A stretch of 64,000 bases of DNA from Azolla caroliniana (lineage: Eukaryota; Plantae; Polypodiophyta). Both the position numbers and the translations under genes were made by a program. Every line of letters begins with the position of its first letter. Position 1 is the first letter of the stretch. Below the pieces are notes generated by a model. It saw only the letters and a program-made list of their open reading frames with translations. It ran no database searches and was not told the DNA's origin. The DNA is taken from NCBI GenBank assembly GCA_043228905.1, contig JBHGNT010000015.1, positions 12,586,001 through 12,650,000 of the forward strand, written 5' to 3'. Below, piece after piece: positions 37,701 to 50,809 of this stretch.

Positions 37701-40700
37701 GACCTAGTTCCCGACTTACCTTGGTTCTAGGAACTTCGATTTAGGCTTCTTCCCCGAATCGTGTTACCTTCCATGACTAAGGCCTTCTGGTCGGTATTGG
37801 ACTCTCGGTCCTTCCAGAGAGCTTCTTCGTTTTGCAAGCTTGACTTCACCTGCTCTAGGGATAGATGTTTCCCTTCTGGTTCCGCGTTGCCCAACATGAC
37901 AACCAGCGTTTCCCAACACTCCAGAAGGGATCCCAGCAACAACAGTGCTAATACCTCGTCAGCCCGAGGTACTTTTAGGGAGGTGGTTTGGTTCATCAAT
38001 CCTTGGAAGACGTTGATGTGCTCCGCCATACTGGAGCCATCTTGATACCGGAGCCTCATGATTTTTTGAAATACTGAGACTCGGTTCACGGCGATCTTGT
38101 TTTCGAACTTGATGCCGATCTTCTTCTATAGGACGTCTGCTTCTGTTTCTTCGCCGAAGTTGTTGTATAGATTCATGTCTATAAAACACCTTATGTATGC
38201 TCCCACCTTCAGATGCAACACTTCCCAAGTCGCTGCATCGATCTTGTCTAGTTTTTTATCTCCGAACTGCATCGGCAGCCAGAGGTCTTTGCAGACGAGC
38301 ATGTCTCTCATCTTCGACTTCCACACTAAGTAGTTGGATCCGGTTATCTTAAACATGCCGCCGAACAAGTCTTCCATCGCTCTGATACCACTTTGTTAGG
38401 AATCGACCAGCCACGACCAGTTAAACATTCGTATTCATGTGCAGAAATCAAGAACTAGTATGCTGACAGTAAAAACATGAAGACACAGAACAGAGCCAAC
38501 GATATTTTACATGGAAAACCCGAAATGGGAAAAAACCACGGGGTTCCACAAACCCCGAGAAAATAGATCACTATAGTAGAGAGGAAGTATATTTACGGAA
38601 CTCGGAGGAAACAACCATGAGTTCTCCTTTGTCTGACAAATGGCTATAGAGTTACACGCTCACTCTCTCACTCACGATTACAGAGGCAACTACCTTGTTC
38701 TAACTTTACAATAATGATCACGCACACCTATAAAGTTTGCCCTAGTTGCTTATAAACAAAAGCAACTTTCTAGCTATTTACAAGTATAGCCCCCCAAGAG
38801 GCATTTTAGACTATTTACAATTATAGTCTTCCGAAAAGATTTCAGTTTTTGATTTCGATATCGGTTTCAGTTACCCTTGTGTCCTCGATTTTGGTTTCGG
38901 CCTTGGCCGAGTTACTCACAAAATCAGTTATTCTCTTCCCATCTAGAGGGACCTGTTTCCCAACAAACAACACCTAATTTCGGCAACAAGACAGAAGCCA
39001 TCGAGGAACCTTCGGAAGAAGGGGGAGCTTCCATTCTGGTTCGAGTCGACAAAACTCGATCAAATGCGGATATTGCGGCAAACTCAGCCACCACGAAGAA
39101 GAGTGTCGAAAGAAGATGCGCGAGTCGGCTTCCACTAGTCGACAACTCACCAATTACGCCACCATGTACTTTTTGAGATTTAGTTGGAATATATGTGAGA
39201 AAGATATTCAGAAATACACAACTCAGAACGAAAAACAACAAATGAACAAGATACACAGAGTTTTACGTGGAAACCCTAAACAGAGGAAAACCACGGGAGA
39301 ATAGTTCTTCCGCTATTCAACAATGAATACAAGGGAGACAACAATACAACACTCTTCGTACAGAGTATATCAACCGTGTAGGGCTCTTGGCGTCTAAGCT
39401 CACTCAGTTATGGTGCCGCTTCCTCTTACTCTCTCTATCTCTTACACACTCTACAACACTTCTATTCATCACATACTCTATGTTTGCCCTAAGTGTATTT
39501 ATACTTATACAGAGTGCGGGCTATTTACAAAATTAGCTTCTACTACTTTTATTCCTATTGTTATACTAATAATAACATTAGTTAATCAGCCGACTGGTCA
39601 ACTAGTCGGTTCGACTAGCCAACTTCTGTGTCGACTCTCCAATCGGCCTTGTCGTCGACCCTCCGATCGGCTCGACTAGTCGGTCTTGTCTTCGACATGG
39701 ATCATCTGTTGTCGACTCTCTATGAAATCAATTGCCGGTTCTTAGCCTGACCAGTCGGCTACACCTTGCCTTCGACTATCGACTCTCTGTGTCCAACTAG
39801 TCGGCTCCTCCCATAGGAGGGACATATTCCTAACAAACTCCCCCTTCACTCCTATGGGTGGAGTCAGTTAGTTCTGTCCTCTGTCAACAAATTTTGAGTC
39901 TATCCATTAGTAGGTTCTTTGTCAGCATGTCAGATCCATTGTCGTCAGTATGGATCTTTACAAGGGTTCGACTTTCTCCCGCAACCTTTGATATCTCCTT
40001 TATATATGTTTGGTTCGAGAGTGGTACGCGGCATTCTTGGCTAGATGTATGCCACTCTTACAATCACAATGAAACAAGAACTCCCTTTTCTTCATTCCCA
40101 AGTCAATGAGAAAATTTCTCATCCAATTCAGTTGTTGCCAGCCTCTACCACTGCCATATACTCTGCCTTTGCGGTTGACAAGGCCATAGACTTCTGCAGT
40201 CATCACTGCCATGACATAGCCCCCCCTACATATGTCATCACATATACTTAAGTGGATCGACTTGACTCTATATCCCCCAACATTTTTGAGTTGGTAAACC
40301 CTTCGAGCATAGGTTTTCTGACACCATACCTTAGGCATACCACTGAGGTGCCTTTCAAGTACCTGAGTATTGATTTAACAACTGCCTAGTGTTCTCGTCC
40401 TGGATTACTCATATATCAGCTTACTGCCCCCACAACATGTTTGGTCTCATACAGACCATAGCATACATTAGACTGCCGATGGTCGAGGCATACGGTATTT
40501 TCTTCATCTCAGCCTTTTCTTTCTCCCCTCTCGGGCATTCCTTAGCATTTACCTTGCAATTGGTCGACAACACAGATCCAGTTGGCTTTGCTTCCGACAT
40601 GTTGAACCTCTCCAAGATCTTCGTCACATACTTCTCTTGTGACAGCCACACCACTTTCTTAGTTCTATCTCGAACTATATGCATCCCCAAGATCTGCTTA

Positions 40701-42743
40701 GCCAGTCCAAGATCTTTCATGGAAAACGATTTGCCAAGAGCTTTCTTCAAGCTCACGATCTTCTTTGTGTCTTGTCCGACTATCAACATGTCATCCACAT
40801 ATAATAAGAGAATCATGAAGTCACCTTTATCGTACCTTTTGATGAACATACAATGAACAACATGTGTTTTCTGGAACCTATGTTTCTGCATGAAGGACGT
40901 GAACTTCTTGTACCATTGGCGTGGAGCTTGCTTCAGACCATACAATATTTTCTTCAGTCGACACACCAAGTTGATGTTGTATGTAAATCCTCAAAGCCTT
41001 CGAGCTGTTGCATGTAAATCTCCTCTTCTAGATCCCTGTGCAAGAATGTTGTTTTCACATCCAACTATTCGATCTCCAAGTCCATACAAGCAGCTATGCT
41101 CAGAACAATTCTGATTGATGTCATCTTCATGACTGGTGCAAATATTTCGTCGAAGTCGACACATTTTTTTTGTTGGAACCCATTCACCACAATGCAGGCT
41201 TTGTACATGGGTGTGTTGTCGACTTCTCCAGTCGTCACCTTGTAGACACATTTGTTTCAGTGCTCTTTTTCCTTTCAGTAACTCTACCAAGTCATAGGTG
41301 TAGTTTTCATGCAAGGAGTCCATCTCATCTTGCATTGCGCTCTACCATTTCTCATTATGATCGTCAGCAATGGCTTCATCATAGCACTCAGGTTCACCTT
41401 CATCAGTCAAGAGGATGTATTGAATGGCATATGTAGTTGATGCTCTTCTTTCTCTGAGTGGGTATCTTCTTCCATCCGTTGTCGGCTCCGGTTCAGACGT
41501 CTCTACTGACTCATCTCTCGGCTTGAGTTCATATGTGACGATCCATCGTTGGCATTTAGCTTACTCCGACTCGTATTTCCTCGATCGACATCAAAAGGTC
41601 TACCAACTCCGACTCATCTACATTTGTCGGTTGCTCTGAGTCAACCGACTTGGATTCGGTCATACCAACTGGCTATCTCCGAACAACCGACTGTGTAGAT
41701 TCACTTGGTCTTAAGTCATTAGTAGTAGGAGTTGACTGGGAAGTCGATTCCGACTTCTGTTGCTTCTGGTCCTCAATTGTCTTGTCTTCCACGAAGACTA
41801 CATCTCGACTCCTCACTACTTTCTTATCGACTAAGTCCCACAACCTATAGCCGAACTCATCCTCCGAGTATCCCATAAATATGCATGGTTTCGACTTACT
41901 GTCGAGCTTCGACCTCTGATCCTTAGCCACATGCATATACACTAAGCATCCAAACATCCTCAGGTGTTGGTAGGAGACATCCTTGCCTATCCACACCCTC
42001 TGTGGGACATCACCTTTCAATGGCACTGAGGGAGACCTGTTGATCAAATAGACAATTGTATACATTGCCCCATGCCAATATGTTTTCAGCAGCTTAGCAT
42101 GAGAGAGCATGCTCCTTACTCTCTCCATGATCGTTCGATTCATCCTCTCTTCAAGCCCGTTCAACTCAGGGGTCTTCGGCACTGTACATTCTTTGAACTG
42201 CCCTTTATATTCGCCACCGTTGTAGGTTTGGACAACCTTCAACTTCCGACCTGACTCTCATTCGGTTCTTGCCTGGAACTCCTTGAACATTGGTAGTACT
42301 TGATCCTTCGACTTCAGTATGAAGGCCCATGTCTTCCGACTATAGTCGCCAATTAACGTTACAAAGTATTGTCCACCTCGATGTGATGGAGCATCTACAT
42401 AGCACACATCAGTGTGCACGAGTTCCAGTGCAGCTTCTCTTCTTCTTGGTGGTCTTGTGTAGAATGTTGCTCTATTCTACTTTCCGACTAAGTAGTTGAC
42501 ACACTTCTCCAAGTGTACTCCTTTCACTTCTTGGAGAAGTTCCTGGTCAGTCTGGATGTGCATTCCTTTTTCACTCATGTGTCCTAGACTCTTATGCCAC
42601 AACTCTCCACTCGAGTCGGCTGCCACATTTGCTCCCAACTTGCACAGTCAGACATGCATCATATACTATGTGGTTTCCTTAGTAGAACTTCCACCTGCCA
42701 TTTCAAACCTACCATTCTAGCCTTCGCCATCCAACCTTCCAGT

Positions 42744-43250
42744 TAGCAATTGGCCCAGTTCGATTCGGTTGCTTGGCCTTGAAACCAAACCAAACCATTT
42801 TTTATTGATATTAATCATCATACTTATTATAAATTTGTGTGAGAAAATCACCATAAGTTTTGTTATCATACTTATCATAAATTTTCTCATCATACTGATC
42901 ATAAATTTGATCATCATACTTATCATATTTGATAATCATAAATGAAAAGGACACTCTATATATAATCCATATAAAATTTAATAAGTTAAAACTAGAGTTT
43001 AAAATTAATAGTTGAAACTTAGAGCCAATAGGGAAAATTTATGAGTATTTTTTAACCTACAAAAAACCGATAAGCTGATAAACCACTAAACTGCTAAATT
43101 GCTAAATTCAAAACCAAACTGAACCAAACCGAAACCGATTAGTAACATTTGAATCCAAACCAAACTGTTTATTTTTCTTCGAACCTGTAAACTTTTAAGC
43201 CATGGTTTATCGATTCGATTCGGTTTGAACCGAAACCGGGCCCACTGCTA
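42744..43250. mobile_element. hAT-type MITE (507 bp) in element F
   Basis: Imperfect TIRs TAGCAATTGGCCC / TAGCAGTGGGCCC. 8-bp TSD CTTCCAGT/CTTCAAGT. AAACC subterminal motifs, AT-rich non-coding interior. Confidence 0.85.
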
Positions 43251-44081
43251 CTTCAAGTCAATATCAGATTCAATCTGAATATTGGGGACATGTCAAACTT
43301 CCCTTAGAGTCAGTCGACAACCTGTCGACATCATCAGGCTTACACTTCCTATGTCAACTATCTTGCACTCCCCATTATCTTCCATCTTTACATAGCCATG
43401 ATCATCAGTTGTGTAAGTCCAGAAAGACTATCTCAACGGAGTTATATGGAAGGATGCACCCGAGTCGATTACCTAGGTACACTCTTCACTTGCAAGATTT
43501 GTGCTTGCCTGCCACAAATGAACAGGATCTCCTGTGCACTCATAGTTACGTCTGATGTGCCCTTTTCATAAGGAATCTTCCTGGGTTTGACATTATTACC
43601 GACACTCTTGTCCTTCTTGAGGTGTCGATAGTCCTTCTGGAAGTGTCCAGGCTTTCCACAATAGAAACATGTCAGTTTGCCTCTGGACTTAGATCTGGCT
43701 TGAGACTTTTCTCTCCTTGGTGGACTCGTTTGTCAATTTCTTCCTCTACCGGTATGTTGAGTCAGATTTCACTCCGATTTGATTAGGACAACCTTGTCCT
43801 TCCTTCTTGTCTCCTCATTCAAGATGTTTGTCTTTACCTCTTGTAGAGACAAGTTCTCTTCTTGACATGAGCTACGGAGAGTCGCCACCAGATTCTCCCA
43901 GTTGTCTAGCAGGGTACATAGTAGTAGGATGCTTGCATTGCATCCTCAAGGGGAAACTTGGTTGTAGCAAGTTGGTTCACATACCCCATGAATGTGCTTA
44001 CGTGCTCCACAATTATTTCTACGTCCTTGTATTTCAACCTCACAATCTTTCTCATCAAAGATGTTTTATTAAGGGTGTTCT

Positions 44082-44659
44082 TGTGAGGAATAGCACAGAA
44101 TACTGCTCGGCCAAAACCGAGTCTTAGGTTACTTCGTTTAAGGATCAAACACAGAGATGGGAATAGAGATGAATACTTGTACACCAAAAGAAAGTACACA
44201 GGATGTTTACATGGAAAACCCTAATAGGGAAAAACCACAGGAGCCCATAGACTCCAAACTATCACTATCTGAGAAAGGTACAATCAGAGACTCGGAGGCA
44301 ACGACCTCGAGCTCTGTTTCTTCGCCAAGCGGCGGTTACAACAGAGTATCGCTCTGTATCTCCTCTCTCTCTCTCTCACGCTCTCTATACAACAGTTACA
44401 ACAATATGAACAACCACGCTAACTCCCAAAATGATTGCCCTAAGTCATATTTATACTTATATGAACTTAGGGTTGTTTACAAATATAGCCTCAATAGGCT
44501 TCCTCAAAACATATTTACAAATATGTCTTCTCTTCCGGTTCTCACCGGCTCTCTTCCAGTTCTCACCGGGTCTCCTCTGGTTTCCGGATCTCGTCCGGTT
44601 CTCACCGGGTCCTCTTCATTCATCACCGGATCCCATTCGGAGGGACCGATTTCCCAACG
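44082..44659 (-). mobile_element. Solo LTR (related to B/F LTRs) in F gag
   Basis: TG...CG ends with a perfect TSD GTTCT at 44077-44081 and 44660-44664. Shares GGAAAACC...AAAAACCAC and CTCGGAGGCAACGACCTCGAG with the B LTR. Confidence 0.85.
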
Positions 44660-45656
44660 GTTCTTCCTCTCATATAGACTTGGCAGCTTTTCCAACATCT
44701 CGTAGGCATTTGTGTCATTCCCCACATGTTGAAGGACTCTTACATAGACACGTTGTTTGATGGTGGGCACCGCCTTTCTGTTTAGAAGCTTCCATTCAGA
44801 CTCTTATACCCCCATGTGTGTATTTTTGCTCTGTCGATGGGCTCGTACAGGTCTTTGACTAGGAGAAGGTCTTCCATCTTTATCTTCCAGTCTGCATAGT
44901 TCTAAGAGTTTAGAACTATCATGCTTGGGAAGCCGCTAACACCTCATTCCATCTTTCACCTCAGGGCACTGATACCAGTTTGTTGAGATTCAATCAGAAT
45001 ATATTTGAGAAAGATATTCAGAAATACACAACTCAGAACATAAAACTACAAATGAACAAGATACATAGAGTTTTAAGTGGAAACCCTAAATAGGGGAAAA
45101 CCCCGTGAGAACAGTTCTTCCACTATTCAACAGGGAATACAAGGGAGACAACAGTACAACACTCTCTATACATAGTGTATTAGCCGTGCAGGCTCTTGGT
45201 GTCTAAGCTCACTCAGTTATGGCGTCGCTTCCTCTTACTCTCTCTATCTCTTACACACTCTACAACACTTTTGTTCATCACATACTTTATGTTTGCCCTA
45301 AGTGTATTTATACTTATACATAGTGTGGGCTATCTACAAATGTAGCCTCTACTACTTTTATTCCTATTTTATACTAATAATAATTGCAGTTAATCATCCG
45401 ACTGGTCGACTAATCGATTCGACTAGCCGACTCTTTTGTCGACTGTCCAATCTACCTTGTCGTTAACCCTCCAATCGGCCAGACTAGTCGATCTTGTCTT
45501 CAACTTGGATCATCTATTGTGGACTCTACATGTGGACTCTCTATCACATCGATTGTCGGTTCTCGGCCCGACCAGTCGGCTACTCCTTGTCTTCGATTGT
45601 CAGCTCTTTGTGTCCGACCAGTCAGTTCCTCCCATAGGAGGAACATATTCCTAACA

Positions 45657-48104
45657 ATATTGTCGTTCTTTAAGGAGTTCCATGCAAAAGCTGAAAGAGA
45701 GTCACGTCGGAAGTTGAAGGTTGTCCGAACCGACAACGGTATCGAATATAGAGGGCAATTCGAAGAATACTGCAAGGCCCAAGGTATTCGAATCGAATAC
45801 ACACTGCCAAAGACCCCTGAGTTGAACGGGCTTATAGAGAGGGTGAATTGAACGATTATCGAGAGAGTAAGTAGCATGTTGTCGCATGCTAAGCTGCCAA
45901 AATCACATTGGACTGAGGCGATGTATATAGTTGTTTATCTGATCAACAGATATCCCTCAGTGCCATTGAAAGGTGATGTCCCACAGAGGCTATGGACAAG
46001 AAAGAAAGTCTCCTACCGACACCTGAGGGTGTTTGGATGTTTAGTGTATATGCATGTGGCTAAGGATCAGAGGTCGAAGCTCGATAGTAAGTCGAAACCA
46101 TGCATATTTCTCGGGTACTCGGTGGACGAGTTCGGTTACAGGCTATGGGACTTGGTAAAAAAGAAGGTAGTGAGGAATCAGGATGTAGTCTTTTTGGAAG
46201 AAAAGACGATCGAGGACTGGAAACAATTGAAGTCGGAATCGACTCCCACTACCACCGACTTAAGACTAGTCAAACTAACATAGTCGGTTGTTTGGAAACA
46301 GCCAGTCAGTAGAGCTGAATCCAAGTCGATAGACTCAGAACAACCAACCAATACATATGGGTTGGAGTCGGCAGACCTATTGAAGTCGATCGAAGAATAC
46401 GAGATAGAGACAGGTAACCCTGAGCAACCGATCGACATGTATGAACCCGAGCCAAGAGACGAGCCGACAACGGGTTCCACAAAACACAGGCAGATCATTG
46501 TGTGTTCGTCAAAAGGTATGATGACGGTGACTTCTTGATTCTCTTATTATATGTGGATGACATGTTGATAGTCGGACAAGACACGAAGAGGATCGTGAGC
46601 TTGAAGAAAGCACTAGGCAAATCATTTCCCATGAAAGATATTGAACCGGCCAAACATATTTTGGGGATGCACATAGTTCGAGACGGAACTAAGAAAGTGC
46701 TATGGTTGACACAAGAGAAGTATGTGACAAAGATCTTGGAGAGATTCAACATGTCAAAAGTGAAGATGGTCGGCTTTGTGTTGCCAACAAATTGCAAGAT
46801 GAATGCTAAGCAATGCCCGAGAGGGGAGAGAGAAAAGGTTGAGATGAGGAAAGTATTGTATGCCTTGGTCATTAGCAGTTTGATGTACGGTATGGTCTGT
46901 ACGAGACTAGACATAGCATTTGTTGTGGGAGCAGTAAGCCGATACATGAGTAATCCAGGACGAGAACATTGGGCAACAGTATAGTGGATACTCAGGTACT
47001 TGAAAGGCACCTCGAGGGTGTGCCTAAGGTATGGTGTCGGAAAACCTATGCTCGAAGGGTTTACCAACTCAAACATGTCGATAGATGTAGACTCAAGTCG
47101 ATCCACTTCAGGGTACGTGATGACCTATGCAAAGGGAGCAATGTCGTGGTAGTCACGACTTCAAAAATCTATGGCTTTGTCGACCAGAAAGGCAGAGTAT
47201 ATGGTAGTGGTCCGGCAAAGAGCTAATTTGGATGAGAAACTTTCTCAGTGAGTTGGGAATGAAGCAAAGGACGTTCTTGCTTCATTGTGACAGCCAGAGC
47301 ACCATACACCTAGCCAAGAATGTTGCGTACCACTCCCGGACCAAACATATACATAGGAGGTATCATTGGTTGCGGGAGAAAATGGAAGAAGGAGAGTTTA
47401 CCCTCGTGAAGATCCATACTGACGACAATGGATCCGACTAGTCGGACTGAGAACAGACAGTCGAAGACAAGGAGTAGTCGACTGGTCGGGCTGAGAGCCG
47501 ATAGTCGATGACAAGGAGGAGTCGACATGGAGAGTCTACAGTATAGTAGGTGATCCAAGTCGAAGACATGACCGACTAGTCGGCCAACCGGATGGTCGAC
47601 GATAAGGCCAACTGGACGGTCGACATAGGAGTCGGCTAGTCGAATCAACTAGTCGACCAATCGGCTTATTAACTACTATTGTTATTACTATAATAATAGA
47701 AGTGATAGTAGTAGGGACTACATTTGTAAATAGCCCATATGGTGTATAAGTATAAATACACTTAGGGCAAAACTTTAGATGTGGAGTAGAACAGAAAGAG
47801 TTTTCATAGTGTGATGCAGAACAAAGTGACGAGGAGTAAGAGGGAGAGAACGTGAGTGGCGCCATAGCGGAGACTAGACGTCAAGAGCCTTGTGTGGCTA
47901 ATACACTCTGCACTGAGGAAGAGTGTTGTAACTTACTCTGTCATGTATATTTCTAATATAGTGGACCTCTGTTCCCGTGGTTTTCCTCATTTAGGGTTTC
48001 CACGTTAAACATTGTATATTTTGTGCATTTGTTGTTTTTTGTTTCCGTGTTATTGTGTATTTCGCAGTCGGACTTTCTCACATATCTGTGATCCAATCCC
48101 ATCA
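45657..48104 (+). mobile_element. Copia element G (F-related), 3' half with internal deletions
   Basis: IN 45657-46280 and RT/RNase H 46480-47440 (YVDD). 3' LTR ~47440-48104 is the reverse-complement homologue of the F LTRs; its PPT and LTR start are deleted. Confidence 0.82.
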
Positions 48105-48769
48105 AGGTTGAGCTACCAAATCGCTCTGATACCATGTAAAGAATCGCGTGTGACTCTATGCATCGGAATAGATTACAGATGTCTATTATGTGTATGTGAA
48201 AGAGGAGAGAGGAGAGACACAAAATAGATAGGAAAATAGAAAGAAGGAAATGGAAGTGGAGAACAACTACAATAATATGAATATTACAAAGGAGATTAAC
48301 CGATTCTTTACAAAGTAGGAGGGTGCTTTATATAAGGTCACCCTCTCTCTACACTCTCTCACTAAAAGTGCCCACTCTCTCTCTAGAACCTTGGGGAATG
48401 TGGAGACCAGTGTTGGGCAAAGTCCTAGGAACAGTGTCAAGGTTCCGGTTGAATTGGGACTTTTGCCGGTCACCATCAGAGAGAGCTAGACTTGATTCCA
48501 ACCAGGTTTTCTTGCTGGCCGGAATCTAGCCGGCTCATACTGGCTATTTATATAAATTAGAAAAAAAAATTGTGTATGTATGTAAATTTTTCTTTTCCCC
48601 CTCTTTTTTGTTGTTCTTCCTTCTTTCGTATTGTTTACGAATCACTGCTTTCCCTATTTTTCCCTCTTCATGCTACTCGTTGCTCCCTGTCTATTGCATT
48701 CTTCACATAGCGTTGCTCCATTCTTTCTTCTTCACATCGTGTTGTTCCATTTTTTATACTCCTTCCTTG

Positions 48770-49090
48770 TTCCTTGCTCACTAGTTGTTGATTGCTCCTC
48801 CTTGCTTGCTCGTTGCCGATTGCTCCTCCCTGCTCGCTCGTTGCCCATTGCTCCTCCTTGCTCACTTGTTGTTGATTGCTCCTCTTTGCTCATTCGTTGT
48901 CGATTGCTCCTCCCTCCTCACTCGTTGCCCATTGCTCCTCCTTGTTCCCTTGTTGTTGATTGCTCCTCCCTACTTGCTCGTTGTCGATTGCTCCTCCCCG
49001 CTCACTCGTTGCCGATTGCTCATCCCTACTCGCTCATTGCCAATTGCTCCTCCCTGCTCGCTCGCTATTCGTTGCTCCCTATTGCTTATG
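48770..49090. repeat. ~28-bp degenerate tandem array inside hAT-2
   Basis: About eleven units of TTGCTCCTCCyTGCTCrCTCGTTGyCGA. Confidence 0.85.
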
Positions 49091-50809
49091 ATTGATTGCA
49101 CGACATTTGTTGTTCACCACTCTACCACTTTGAAGTAATTTTGTTTTTCTTTCTTTGTTTATGAATTCTCTCTTATTTTTATATGTTTTCTCTGTTTTTC
49201 TCTTTCTTTGAATATGTTCTCTATTCTTTGTTTTTCTATATGGCAAAAAAATGAGAATGTGGTTTTTTTAAGACGAAAGAAACACATTGAAATTCCATAG
49301 TATTGCTAAAGGTACACTGTTTTGTGCATTTTTCTTTAGTTCCTAGTTTGTAGTAATCCATTGTGGTTGAAAAAACACTTGAATTATACATGTTATCATA
49401 CATGCACAAATTTGCATGGCACAAAAATTTGTAGCGAGGACATTTATTTTTAATGATAATATCAAGAGTGTTTGATTGATCAATTGTTCATGACAAAATG
49501 TTCATTTCATTGCGCCTAAAAGGTCAATGACCAGGTTCCTTGTACTCCTAGCAAGTCTTGAAGCTTCACTAATGTTGAATACCATAGGAAATTTCTATGT
49601 ACTCCCAAATTGGGTTATTCACGAAAAGGCTTGCCAAAACGTTTTATAGGGTCATACATTTAACCTACTCTAAATGTAATGGAAATTCAATGGAACAAAT
49701 ATATATGTTGATGACACTTGACAAAATCTTCTCTAAGACTGATATGAAAAGTTTCTTTTAATAATATGAAGTATGGTTTATGGAACCAAGGTGCCACATT
49801 TGCACCTAGCATGTGCAGAGTTCCTTAGTGGCTCTTGGCATTCAAGAGTTTCACCAATGAATGTGTGAAGGATGAAACTCCACCTCTCTCTCAAGCTCTC
49901 ACATGTGGTGCATACCATTTTCCAAACCATTTTTGTATTTCTTGCATCCATGTGAACTCACATATTTGTTGTTCTATCTTTTTAACATTTTTACTTCCCA
50001 TGAAATTCTCTAAAGTTGTACTCCACAACCCTCTCCAATGCTATATCTCATTGGGAAGTGACCCTATGTTGTAGAGCTACTGACAATCGACTTACTATAC
50101 ATGAAACAGTTTTGCAAGACACTCGTCTAAGGCACATCATTATTGTTGAGATTGAACCTTATAAAGGCACACAATAAGACTCTTAGCATGTGGGTAATTA
50201 CATCTAGTTGTTTAACACCCTTATTTATCTTTTATAGATCATTTAAATGGTGAAACGTTTCATATTTGTAAATTTATCTCCAAGATTCCTTTCCCGACCT
50301 GCACACATCTCTTAACTCCAAAAAGTGTTATTTTTTATCATTTGTTTCTTGGTAAACATATTATATTCAATCAATTTTATATTTTATTACATCGTATGAG
50401 TTCAAACTCAATTATTTAGGGGTTCATGAAAACTCAACGAGCATTATTACCTTGCATTTGTATTGTCCTCTTGTTTTAATATATACACTACCTTTTTTCT
50501 CTTGATCTTTTCCTTCAATATTGTTTGCAATATATTTGTTCCTTCAATGTCTTTCACATTTACATACATGGATTCTCATGTGTGTTTAAGCTAATGTGAG
50601 CCATCCTCTTTCTTCTTTATTTTTTGATAGATTGGAAAATCTATAGTGGAAACTTGATCCTTTATTGCCTCATAATGTTCAAATATCCCAGATATCTTAA
50701 TTTGTTTTTTCTCTTTGGAAAACATGGATTGTGTATGTATGTTTCCCCTTCTTGTAAATGGAATCCATAGATTATGTTAGTCCAACGCTCTCTACATTAT
50801 TGTTACAGT

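Larger units (their letters stand above)
27648..38965 (-). mobile_element. Tnt1-like Copia element B nested in A2 gag
   Basis: LTRs 27648-28248 and 38394-38965. PPT 28249-28260, PBS 38379-38390 with the gag ATG at 38377. TSD AACAA at 27643-27647 and 38966-38970. gag/PR/IN 36090-38377, RNase H 28260-29178. Confidence 0.9.
26848..39164 (+). mobile_element. Copia A2: second internal domain directly after the shared LTR, gag only (hosts element B)
   Basis: PBS TGGTATCAGAGC at 26848. gag paralogous to A1 at 26860-27647, resuming at 38971-39164 (zinc knuckle), then truncated. Confidence 0.85.
39171..45656 (-). mobile_element. Tnt1-like Copia element F, full-length but degenerate
   Basis: LTRs 39171-39835 and 44981-45656. 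PPT 39836-39847, PBS TGGTATCAGTGC 44966-44977. gag, PR, IN, RT (YVDD) and RNase H remnants. Degenerate TSD GTACT/ATATT within G integrase. Confidence 0.88.

Noticed and set aside
48770-49090. CRISPR-like ~28-bp repeats and the ORFs across them
   Set aside because: Head-to-tail degenerate repeats without spacers. The ORFs simply reflect the lack of stop codons in the repeat.
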